Of a DNA stretch of 64,000 nt, positions 48,633-61,100 are shown in pieces. How positions within the stretch are numbered: the stretch's first letter is position 1; every line of letters begins with the position of its first letter. A program made the position numbers and the translations under genes. This stretch comes from Haplodiscus bocki. Lineage: Eukaryota. Location of the stretch: assembly GCA_965655095.1 (NCBI GenBank), contig OZ296653.1:26908001-26972000 (forward strand). Direction: 5' to 3'. A model generated the notes under the pieces. The model was not told the origin of the DNA. It was given only the letters and a program-made list of their open reading frames with translations, and did not search any database.

Positions 48633-48947
48633 CTTCGAACGTTTCCGATTTTCTTGTTGTTTCAATTTATTAAAATTCTCTGTACTTTTCGGCAGGGTTC
48701 CGATTCAACCCTATCTACCAAAAAAACTAGAACGATAAAACAATCAGAGAGGCAGTCGATATCCAGGAGTTTGAGAGATTATTGATATTCCTCGGACATT
48801 TTCGTAGTCAATGAAAATCTCTGATGCCGGTAACATTCCATGTCAATCTTGACGTAGGTAAAAGAACCTTATCTTTGTAGTTATCCGGAAAACACTTTTC
48901 TCTTGTTCTAAACGGAAACGCGGACATAAACTAGCGCACTTTCTACA

Positions 48948-51900
48948 ATGGCGGCGGTGGCACAATCAACATTTAGCCTTCAAAAACATGAAAGAAGTTT
49001 GGCGGAAAATTGCACAGATTTTGAGTCCTAATTTGGAAGTATCGTCAACGTAACGAATATCGGAAAAAATTAGAGTAGGAGTCCTAAAACTACACTTGCA
49101 GGAATCAGCTTCACAATTTGCCACGCATTAGACGCAGCAACAGGAGGCGACATAAAAAAAAGAAAATTTGCACTGAAAAATCATTTCTGTAACCCAAATT
49201 TCAAGGAAATTCACTGTATTAATATAGAAAATTTGATGTTTATTCACAAGACAGCATCACCGGAAAATTTTTTGGTGAAACTCCAAAGTTTGGCAATAAA
49301 GGCAAACCCGACACCAATAGATCAAAAAGTAGCGCCAATCGACAATACCGTACAAAACGACCATGACAAATTCGATCGAAAAACGCACAAAAATTACAAA
49401 AGGCGAACTTCTGCGCAGATGCAGAGAGCAAGACACATTTTTGCTCGTTAAAAAAGGCAATGCCGAGTTTTATTAGACTGAAACTATTAGCAGAAGCAGA
49501 AGCTGCCACTGTTCAAGAATTTTGCACCAAACCAAGACAAAAACACATTTTAAGAGATCTATGTCCTTTTGATGAATGGTCACGGGACGGCTTCAATGAG
49601 ATGAGTTCGGATCGTTCGGACAAAATCATGACAATAATTTTAAAATTGACAGGGGACCAAAATTCGTTAGAAATCCGAATTGATGCGTTAACACATGAAA
49701 TGGATACATCGCAGCAATCGAGCTCCACAAAAAACAGAATAACATCAAACAACTCTCAGAACTGGCGAGGAAATTTTAGAGGCAAAAACAATCAAAATAG
49801 AGGCAGCCGGGGAATTTAAATCAATTAAGGTCAGAGTTAACAGCAAGAACTCACCGTTTACCGGAAATGTTACAACCAACAGAAACAAAATCGAGGTAGA
49901 TTTGGTAAAAATTATAACACAGGAGATTTTGGAGGACAAAGAACTTTCAGGGCTAATTCGAGAAGACGCTTTTCGAATAATCATCAAGACGACAGTCAGC
50001 AACAGAATCCCGAGCAAAATGAGACAAACACCACGCAGGACGCCGATGCCTATTTTGAAACAACAGGATTTTGGCAGAAAGTATGCTAAACATGTTGATT
50101 TCCCAATCAAACATCACGAAATTGTGAAAAAAATGGTAGAAGCAACTCTAGAAGAGGACAAACACTGTTTAGTTCTCAGTCAAAAATTAAATTCACCACA
50201 CACAACAACCAGCCCAGAAAAATCATTTAATCAATTACACTCTAATCATAAAGTCACTTTATTCTAATCTTCTCTAAAGTTATTTTCTGAAATATGTGGT
50301 CTTGACGATGAAAGTTATACAGAAACAAAAATTACTTAATCGTCACACATGAATGAAGTAAATGCAGTAAAGCCCTATAGAAGGAGATAAAACTTGATGA
50401 ACATACACCTTAAATTCCAAAACAACGTTAACAGAAAAGCTTTGATTGACACTGGAGATTGTGCCAATGCAATGCCAGTGGACTTCTATGAAAAATTAAA
50501 GAAAAACTGTCCAATTTCGAAATCTTTTTTACTACAAGCAACCGTTCTGATTGTGAAAGTAGGCTCAGGGAAAAACATAAAAGTTTTGGGCCAGATTGAC
50601 ATAGCGTTAAAATTCAATGACCATGAGTTCAAGAATAATTTTCTCTTTCTATCGTCAAGGATTAATGTGGTGCTGGGGAACACTTTTTTTCAAAACTCCA
50701 GTATTGAAATCAATCCCAGTGATAAATTGTTGACACTTCTTGAGATGACATACCAACTAAATGAAATTGAATGCCGAAAGGAAGGCTAATCAATTCGTTT
50801 GTGACAAAATTTTGTCATGAAACCACATCATCGGGAAATCTATTCACAAACATATAGAATCGAAAGAACCGTGGAGGCAACACTGGAATGAGAGTCCCGG
50901 ATGCAGAACTTGAGAATACAACTGAATTGCGATTGTTATTCTCAGTGGTTACAGTGGGGAAAAACAAAAAAGCTCCAGTACTAGCTATTAATCTGAACGA
51001 GCAGGCAATTAGCTTCAGCAAAAACAAAATAAAAGCAAGTTTCCATTTTCCATCTCCCCAAGATGAAGGAGACCTCATAAAAATAAGTCCTAATGTATTA
51101 TCATTAGACAAAAAGAAAAACGGCGAAATTTTGAATAAATTAAATCAAATTTTGCAAGTAAGCAAGATGAAGGGCAAAAAACAACTTTCTCGCCCACCAC
51201 CAGAGTATGACAAAATTTGGTTGCCAACTCCAGAAAATTGCCAAAATCCAGATATCCTCCAACCGTTGTAAAAAAATAATTATGATTACATAGCTGAACT
51301 ACAAAAACGAGACTTGGCAAATCATCAAGAAAACGTACAAGACAAAGCCGCCATTTGGAGCAATTCGACTAATCATGGTCCTTTCTCAATGTGGAGAAGA
51401 TACCAGAAATTGAGGCGATATTGGTAGAAAATAGTGATGTTTTACAAAACACCGCTTTCATGTGGGCTTTATTACCGAGCTAAAAATCAAATTAACCCCA
51501 GAGCAAGATCCTCCTGTCTAAGTTTAGAGTCCAACGAATCAAATTCGTTAGAGAGATGAACATTTGGAGGAATTAGCACTGACGCAAAACTATCGTATTG
51601 TTACCTTGCTATCAATTTCCAGATATAGCAGTCCGATATTTCCTCAACGCAAGCCAACCGGGAAACTTCCGTTCTTAATCGATTTAGAACGCGTGAACCT
51701 CCTACTTTTGAATGATTATTCAAAAAACAATTCCATATATTAAATAAGACAGATGCGGTTCATCACTTTGCCGGAAAAAAAATTGTTTAAAAAGCTTGAG
51801 TGCTCGCAAGCTTATCACTCTGAACAAATGACCGATCCATTGTCAGTTCAGTTTCTGTAATTTAACTTTGAATCTTGCACATATGCCTTCACTGGAATAG

Positions 51901-54230
51901 CTCATAGTTCGAATAAATCTGTCAGAGGATTTAGCTCCTTTGTTCGCTTTTATCTCGGGTCACGCCTTGCATCTAATTTCTGTACACAATTTATGGACGA
52001 TTTTAGTTGTGGAGTTGAAACGTTCGATCAGATGGCTCCCACGCTTAGATGGAACCGCTACCGTTTAAGGAAATTGGAGGTAAGGTTGACCCCTCACAAT
52101 AGTGAGTTTGGAATTAGATCTATCGTATTTCTGGGGAATACGATAACCTCTAAGGGTATAAAACCAGAAGATTAAACGAAAGATATATTTGATAGGACCA
52201 TGAAATTACTGGCAGCAGTCGGTCAGTTGAAAAGATTGGTTGGTTTGCCTTATTCTTTAGATCAATCCTCTTTTATCTATCGAAAAACTTTATGCCATGG
52301 TACAAGTTACGGCGCAAGGACGTGGAATTTGTACTAAATGATGTAAATGATTAGCAGTTTGAAAGTTTTGACAAACTCAAGAAAGACCTTTTGCAAAAGA
52401 TACAAGCGAAACTACGATTAGCAAAGCCAGGTCAACACTACGTCATTCTTTGCGATTCAAGCCACCACAGTAGTGGCTTTGTTCAAATGATTGAAGATTA
52501 GTTGCGGGAAACAGATGGAAGACAAAAAAACGTTTGTGCCCAGTTTCTTTTGGCTCACAGGTATTTAACACGAGTCGACTCAAAACATCAACACATTGTG
52601 AAAAAATCCTAGCGGTTTACTTCGCACTAGAGTTCTTTTTTCAGTCACTTTGGGGAGCAAAATAGCCAGTGATAGTTCTAGCGGATAACAAAAGTCTGAT
52701 AAAAATTATCCAATCAAAGTCTCTCCACCCCTCATTATGGAACTCCATGGGTAGAGTCATTGCATACAAAATAGTCCTTGCCCACTTTCCAGGGAGAGCA
52801 AACGCGGTAGTTGATTTTCTATCCATAGAAGGAAAAACGGTTCGAAATGAAGCCAATTCAGGAAAACCACAGATACCACAGAAACTTCTCGATTCAATAC
52901 AGTCTAAAAACGTTTTACAAAACCCAATACCTACTCCGAATGTCCTTTTCCAATCGGCGTCTGTAAAATCAATCGAACTCTACGTTCTTGCATAATTAAC
53001 CTCCATTAAATAACTACAAGAGAAAGATCCAGTTGTTTTACTTTGAACTGACTGACTGCACAGCAGCACTCGTCATTGCGTCAGCAAAAAAAGAAGATAT
53101 GTTTCTGAGATAAGTCCTAACATGGCTTGAACACGGATGCACCGAGGATCTCATGTATGCCTCTTATGAGTTGAGAAAAGATTACAAACATATGACGAGA
53201 CTGCTCATCCACTGAAACATTTTGGTTCGCCAAAGTTTTAATGATGTTGGACAAGTCTCCCAGAACCAAATCTGTGTTCCTAAGCATTTACGTCATGAAA
53301 TGCTGTACAGAATACAAAATTCACAGACCGGTGGTCATCTTGGATTTGTTCGCACAGCAAAAGAATTCCGCAAAAGATTTTACTTTCCCCAATTCTCCGA
53401 ATTCTGACTATTTAAAAGATTTGCAAGATTCGTCATTCGAACAGATTTCACATACAAGATAACGCCTCCTCGAAGCCTATGAAACGTACCGCACCATGTA
53501 TGACACAAATACCCCAGCAAAACCCCTCCAACAGAACCAATACTGTCTTTTGCTTAATACTGCCCCGTTAAGTCAAAAAGATTTCGCAGCGAAAGCAACA
53601 ATGATCTGGTTGTTTCTTATACAGAATTGACAAAATTTTAACACAATCAAATTTTTTGATTTGAGAAGTCGGCACGCCTCAAACGCAATGTGTTCAAAAG
53701 ATTTGGCTCAGACCAATCACTGCAAACTATAATGTTAACGACATTCTTATAAATCCCACAAATTTCATTTGTTGAGCAGGTATAGAACAAATTTTGACAG
53801 TTTTGTTGAAGCACTGGAGCAACCATTCAGTGATGAAATACTCTTTGTACCTGATCAGAAGACCAGTGACTTTGAAAACACCGAAGAAGTGCAACACCTG
53901 AATCAAAGAGCACCCTCAGAGACAGCGCCAGCAGCACTTGCTGGCGCTGCCACACCGGCGACACATCATCAAGAGGCAAACACGGTGCCCCCCCCCCCCC
54001 GTTTTCACCACCACACGCACCTGCACTGCTTGCGACGCCTACCGACCTATTCCCCGAGCCTCGCCGAAATTCTAATCCGGCCCACGTACACGACCACAAT
54101 GCTCAGCCTGGTTTGCCAGAGACCCCCTTACGGTGCCGGATACTACAAACGATGCCTTGCCCAGATCGTTAGAAACTTCTCCAGTCTTGCCACACAAGAG
54201 AAGACGATCTTGAACTCCTGCACCTACTGA
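48948..54230 (+). mobile_element. Decayed gag-pol of a third Gypsy element (family C)
   Basis: Remnant zinc knuckle (~50081-50125), ALIDTG protease (~50440), KLECSQAYH and FMDD RT motifs (~51790-52001), LCDSS RNase H (~52447), and GGHLGFVRTAKEFRKRFYFP integrase N-terminus (~53330). Numerous stops; the integrase core is not evident. Confidence 0.85.
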
Positions 54231-54619
54231 AAAAAATCAATCTTTGGGAGCGTCAGGTTCACAGCGTTCAATTTTGATAAGTATGATCATTACAGGAAGA
54301 TCCCAAGTCGCCGGGTTCTTCAATAGGAGGGTTATTACAAGTTTTTGGCTCAACAAGAGTCCATGCCGTTTCTTTCTAAAGAACGGAAACGCCAACATTT
54401 GAAAGATATAGCTGCCCGAACTCGATCATCTTCCGTATCTAAATTTCCTATACCTAATTCGGAGAAGAGCCCCGAGATATCCATTTTACAAACACGATAC
54501 CCTCAAATCGTGGACGACCAAGACGACCAGGACCATCTTCTGATACTCATTCAGCGCGTTTTCAACTGACTATATATGCAAACATTGAAAACAGCATCAA
54601 TTTACCACCGAATACGAAC

Positions 54620-55025
54620 CAAAACCTATTTCATCAAACCCAACTCGTCTTGGGTCATTGCGTTTCCTGAGATTTAGCAATGTCAACAGGAACAGCGAGG
54701 AGATTCCTACAAAGTTTTCCTAAATTAGCTGAAACCCAGCACCAGTATCCGAACTTACGATCAGGATCATTGGTTGCCCACTTCTGAAAAAAAGCAATTG
54801 GATCTATGCTCTGGTTACAGAAACTAGGAATAACGACTTACCTACAAATTCCAGTTTGGATAGAAACCTGTGCTGTATGAAAAGTCGTATGATTGCACAT
54901 GCAATCGACTCCGTTCAACTACCAGAAATCGGAAAAGGCTTGGATAAATTGAACTGGCGACACATTCCCAGCAGTATAGACAGAAATTTTGGCAAAACTG
55001 ACATTCGCGTAACCGTTTTTTTTCC
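54620..55025 (+). pseudogene. TARG1/OARD1 (Poa1p-like) macrodomain remnant downstream of family C pol
   Basis: LGHCVS*DLAMSTGTARRF...IYALVT...LCCMKSRMIAHAIDSVQLPEIGKGLDKLNW...FGKTDIRVTVF parallels the OARD1 motifs AHCISEDxxMGAGIA...IYYLIT...MPRIGCGLDRLQW...TDIKITVY. Confidence 0.8.
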
Positions 55026-58000
55026 AATAAATTGTCAGTTTTCACGAGTGAAGATAATTGTTTCACAGTTGACCGATGTTCAAGCGATTAGGATTTTCAA
55101 AAACACATCCTTCACATAACTAAAGCTCGAAATCTTGCCCTTGAAAACATGCCTAATTCTCCGACTACAAATGACCGGAACGAACTAGACACACCAAGCT
55201 GAGCTGCCGTTATTTATCAATTACTTGTCAAACAAACTTTCCTTTTTCCTACTCAAAGTAAATTGTTAGCTTAACCAGTTTCCGCGTATTTCCGTCAACC
55301 GATAACATATAATCACCTGTCAAGTCAACACTAATCAGTCCTCGCTGATAGTGCTTCACTTTGCCGTTGATTTTCCGCCATTTAAGTCAGCTGGTTTTTC
55401 CTGGTGGCAACACTAGCTTCCATTAACTTTTTCTACCTACTGTCTTCGTGCATTAACCTGTGAAATTTTCCACAACATAACGATAACTAAAATAGAGGGC
55501 GCAGTTTCAAATCCGCGCCTTCATGTTCAATTCTGGCGCCATCAAATCCAAATTATGGACAGCTTGGTCATAGGACCACGTTCCCTTGGGTCGAGAGCCC
55601 TAATTGCTTCAGCAGCGCAGTTTGCTGACCACGACGCGTTGGACGACTTTCTATTTTGGCTGTTGACACAAGGAGATCCGCAGAGAATTGGCCCTTATTT
55701 ACTGTGTTGTAACAATCTTCACCCACTCGGTATACCTCCCCTCAGCTTTCCACAATTGCATCACAGCATACCTCCAACAATTTTGTTATGGGACCTCTTC
55801 GAGGTAAAGAATTTTACACACTCCAAAGTAGTAATGACAGCTACTATTTCTCTTTGCTGCGGGTTATATTATCCATGACTTGCTGAACTTCACAGTGTTT
55901 GCACCCAACCGCCCCCCCTCCCCGCAAAACATCATATCACAAAAAAACAACAATTTTTAGAAAAAACAATACTATTTTTTCAAAACCCTTTTCTTTTCTT
56001 GTTGTTACGCAGACAGACGACATAAATCTAGCTTGTTTATTTTTTAATTCTTCACAACCGTACTATTTTTTTTGGATTTCGGAATTTCACTCCCGAATAC
56101 TACACAATTATAGCAACCAGCACTTCAAAAAACTCTTTTTCCTTAACTCTTCTCTTTTTCAGAGAGTCTTGCGCCGTATTCAAAGGATACCTTGTTTTTG
56201 TCAATCCATCTGCCAGGCCACCATTGTGAAATACATGGCCACACCGTAGTTTGAAAGGTGCATCGTGAAGCTCTAAGCCCATGTATAACCTTCACTATCC
56301 GATATTGGCGCTTACAGCGACTTATAAATGAAGATTTGGTAACCATCCAGCCTCTCCAGAGTGGTCCGCCCTCATTCACGCCGTTGTACCTTAAGCCCTC
56401 CAATAGATTTTTGATGATGAATTTCTCGTGCTCAAGCTAGTTGACAAGAAACAATAGATACCTTACTTTAGAAAAACTGCTTTTCATAGAAAACAAAAAC
56501 AAAAAGAAAAGTTCTTCCTTTATATATATGCCAATGTATATAGAAAAACTCATGATTTCTCACGCCTAGCCCCACTACACTCGCACAATTTTTTGATATT
56601 TCAGATCCTCCATAAAATGCGCTATTTGGTATGGTTTTTTGAACATCACAAGCACACCAATGACGTTTATCGCCAATTTAACTCAGTTCATGTGAAAGGA
56701 GAATTGGAGTATCCCCGTTAGTCCTGACCTTCAGACGGTGGAGACATGACTCACTTTTTTGTTGGGTTGAGACAGTGCGTCCCCACACGCTTACATGGAG
56801 CCGCTTCATTCATTGTATATTGGCTCAGGCTCTTACCTTTCGTCAACGGGCCTTTGAGGATTGGCTGACCGACTACTTGCAATTCATACGTCATCTCCAA
56901 ATTTGGCTTTAGTTGACATTATTGTCTCAGAACAAGACAAACGCACGGTTATTTTATTCTTTGAATGTATACTGGATTCTGCACGCACATTTTCATCTCT
57001 CGCCTATAACAAGTAAATCTCTTTTTAATCATCTCAATGTTTTTTTTGAAAGTACAAACAGTATTGACATGAGAGAGTTGCGACATCGAAAATTAGAAAA
57101 AAATTAGTCTAGCAGCCACTAAGGATCTTTTTCTGGGCCATTGTGCCTGCTGCATTAGGGCAATTTTTTTCGGAGTTTTTTGTCCCTTTTTCTACACTTT
57201 TTTTCGAACTGGCTCTCCCTTCATCGAATCTGCACTGGTCGTTATCTTTGCAAAAATTCAGACAACCCCTAACAGCTTGACTTTTCAGAAACGCCGATCT
57301 TGGCTGGCAAATACCACTAGTGACACTTCCAAGGGAGCATAATACATCGTGCAGGCCGACACTTACTTTTGTAAGTTGATTGAATTCTAGAACAAAGAAA
57401 AAACATATCAGAAGATTTTTCGGGAAACAACTTTCATCTTCGAGCTGCGATTGAGCTAACCGGACGCAAAAACCTAATTGTTTTCTTCAAACACAGTCCA
57501 AAAGCAGAATGCCCGATGTGGCACTGCCAAAACTGCTGCATTAGGTTTTTACACTCGAAAGGCCAGTTTACCTGTCTCCCATCATTGCTCCAGCAACAAA
57601 GTACCATCTTTTATGGTCTCATTGACTTGAGCGGCCAAACAGTTTCGTCTGAGACTATCCCAGAAAACCAGAAACGTAAGGTATGGGTAGAAGTCAAGCA
57701 GTTAAGCTGGAAATTTCCCCATAAGCCAAAGTTAAGCACCTGAAACCATAGCCCGTCGGTCACGTTGATGTAATCTTGCATAGCTGCTAGAATTTTTCAG
57801 AAAAACAGTCGGATATGGAAAAACTCACCAGCCTCATGATACACCTCCAAACAATTTGACAGCCCTTCAGTTGTGAGTGTCTATTCATTGTGACGGCTTC
57901 CAGTACTTCGTTGTGACTTAAATTCGCAGTGCTTAGAAGCTTGCTGGATTTATCTTTGTTTCATCTGGAATGAAAATTATGACTTTCAGAGTGTCCGCGC

Positions 58001-61000
58001 AACTATGTAACGAGACATTTCGTTGGCCAACTCCTCTCCTTCGATAGATCACAACTGGTGCTTTATATCTGTAAGAGGAAATTGGAGTCCAACTTTTCGT
58101 GAAGTGAAATAAACATAACAAAAAACATTTTCCGCACAGAAAAAAAACGAAAAGGGAAAAAGACGATAAAAACATCCCTCGTATTTGAAAAAAAACAAAA
58201 CAGGAGGCCGTTTTGGACACTCTACTTACTGCTTTATGCGCAAAAGTGGTGGTTCTACCCTGACTATTTGGTCTATTTTTTGAGTTGCCTTGAATATTTT
58301 TACTCAATTCTGGCCATGTAGACATGTTGTTTGTCATTTTTTCTGTCCTGGTGGGAAATTTTGAAAATCCCCCAGGATACGTTACTTATTAAAGCTCCAC
58401 TGCTGCTACTATCCCGACTTTTTCCATGTTCCTCTCGCCTTAGCAAGAACAGCTTTGTTTATCGCTATGGCTACATCATCTGGCAGCCAACATCGAGAAC
58501 TTAAAACTGATTTTCTTCCAAGTCCAAGTTTTTCCACATCCTACTTAGCGTTTTGAAAATCCCCCCAGGCATAAGCACGCCGCATTCCTCTTTGCTTCGG
58601 CTCGCACTGCATCCCACGCTTCCCTACCGTTATTGGGAAAACAGCACTACCTTTTTTTCACGTCACTTTGCGGCAACACATCGCCAAAGCATTAAAAAAC
58701 TTGCTACTTCCCAAAAATAAACTTTTATTGCCGCAAAGTGATATGACCTGAAAATTAGAGATGTTAACTTCTCTTCTCTGACTCTTCAGAGTTGTTTGAT
58801 CAATTTTATCACCTAAGAAAACAAACACGAACACTTTTTTATGATTTGGCCCATTTTGTCTCGCCGGATTTCAGGTGAAATAAACAAAAAAACACACGAA
58901 CTCATTGACAAATGACACATGACTTCGTGCATACTTACGTTTCATTACGCACCTTTTTGATGGTTGCGCATCCGTAACATCAGGCAGTGCAGCAAAGAAG
59001 CACATCACACAATGATACAAGTAATGACCTTTTTTTGGATTGTTATTGCATGTGTTTGATGTTTACCTTTTCAACCTTGTTGCTGAATATCAGCTTTCCA
59101 TCGTGCGATTTTTGCTCAGAAGCGCAGCTTTCAATAACGATTCCGTCAAGCAAGAAGCAAGTCAGCGCAAACTATGTAAGAACACTTTGTCATCCATAGC
59201 TCTTTACTGATCTTTCTTCACTTCGTTTCTTCGGCGTAACTTTTCCCTGAAGCGACACAGCCAGAATAACATTCTTTGGTGTTTTGGCAGACGAATATTT
59301 TTTATATAAGTTGCCCTCTTCTTCGGTTTTTCGCCATCAATTTGTGAAAAGTCCAAAAACTGTACAGCAACAGTTTTTTGTTTCTTACAATTGTTCAATT
59401 TTCGCAATAATTTGTTGTCCGAAGCAAAAATTAGCCGCACCTTGAGTTTTTGTCCAAGGCGCTCAAATAATATGGAAGGATTTGTAGTCTACGTTTGCGG
59501 TCCCATATTGTTCCTTCAATACCCACAGCTATCGCAGGGCCACGCCAAAATGTGATGACAGTATGCACCCACAAGCAGGTTGAATCATTGACGAAGTCGG
59601 CTGTGACATATAAAATCTCAGGCTTCGTTGCATCTGTTTTAATGGCGGCTTTCTGAGGTAGTCAAATGAAAACTTCACAGATGTAGAAACAGTTTCTAAG
59701 TTACGAAATGGGTTGCCATGTTTTGCGATTAGCATTAGCTTTTTACCAACTGGTGCATGCGTAATGCTGTCATCTCCCGCAGTTGCCACATGACGAGCAA
59801 AAAACCAGGGCCCATAAGTTAATCTTCCGCCAAGTTGAATTAATTTCCAAGCACTGGGCATTTCCCTTTCGATTAACCCATCTAAGTGGAAAAACTATGC
59901 GGGAGAGTAGGCTGTAAACTCTTTGTCATGGCTCGTAAAACTTCCTTTCAGGATCTCTTTCCATACTAACAAACTTTTCTCATATTGAACAAAAAATGTA
60001 GTTTTAGTTCCATGTTACATGCAGTTTCGCGGAAAACAGAATCAATTTTGAGTAGCTGTTGATTTTTTACCAATATGGGAAAAATAGACCATTCACACAT
60101 GATTTTGTGTTGCAGTCCAATTTCTTGGATTTCCTTGTTCACGGCCATCCAAGTAAAACAATCTGTTCCATCAATAGTTGACACAAGTTCCCAACCCAGA
60201 CTGGTAAGAGCTTGCTCTTTTAGCACGGGTTTCAATTGGAGCCGTTCCAGCTCATTTCCAATTCGAGTCACACCAAAATTTGCTCAAAAAAAGAGATAGT
60301 AAGGCATTTTCACTTCTAATTGGGCACTTTTAGTTTTTCATAACACTCGATTGATAATATTCTATCTGGTTTTGGATTGCTTTTTGCTTGAAAAAGGCAA
60401 AATCGACTGATTCAGCAATGGTCGTTTACTTCGACCGAAAACGACAAGAAAGCTTTGCCAATCAACCCTTATCCCAAATTTCTGGATCTGCTGTCATTCA
60501 CAGCTGCCATTCCATTCGAACCATTCGAATTCATCCGAAGTACGTCCAACTGAGTATGAATGCAACACATGAGTTGAATTACTAAGTTTTTCATTTACGC
60601 CAGTATACAAAACGTGATTCCGCGCTCTAAACATTTCATTCAACTTGGTATGCTAACTGCAAAATCAAATAGCTATACCATACATGAACTTTACACTACC
60701 TTAAAACGAAAAACACATTGTTTCTATTATGAAGTTTTACATCAAATTCGTGACGGCAAAAATAAAGCGGATCAGAAAGATGATTATGCACATCATGAAC
60801 CACGAATAGTTCACAGCTGCCTCATCCCCAAGCATTTCATTGCATGCTTTAAAAACTGCTTCCTTGCATGCCTCCCCGATACAAATTTTTTCTGGACAAC
60901 ACAATACGGTCTTTCCTTCGAAGGTGTATTTCCAAACACCGTCATGGAGGAGTTCTGAAAAGCTTCTAAACTTCTAAGAACTTTTCGTTGGCATTTTAGA

Positions 61001-61100
61001 AGCAAAAACAAAAAAGGCATTAAACGTAAGAAAAGAAACTTTGCTGGACGCGCCTTACACGACTAAAACAGAAAACACTGTTTTGCCAACCCCAAAAACA

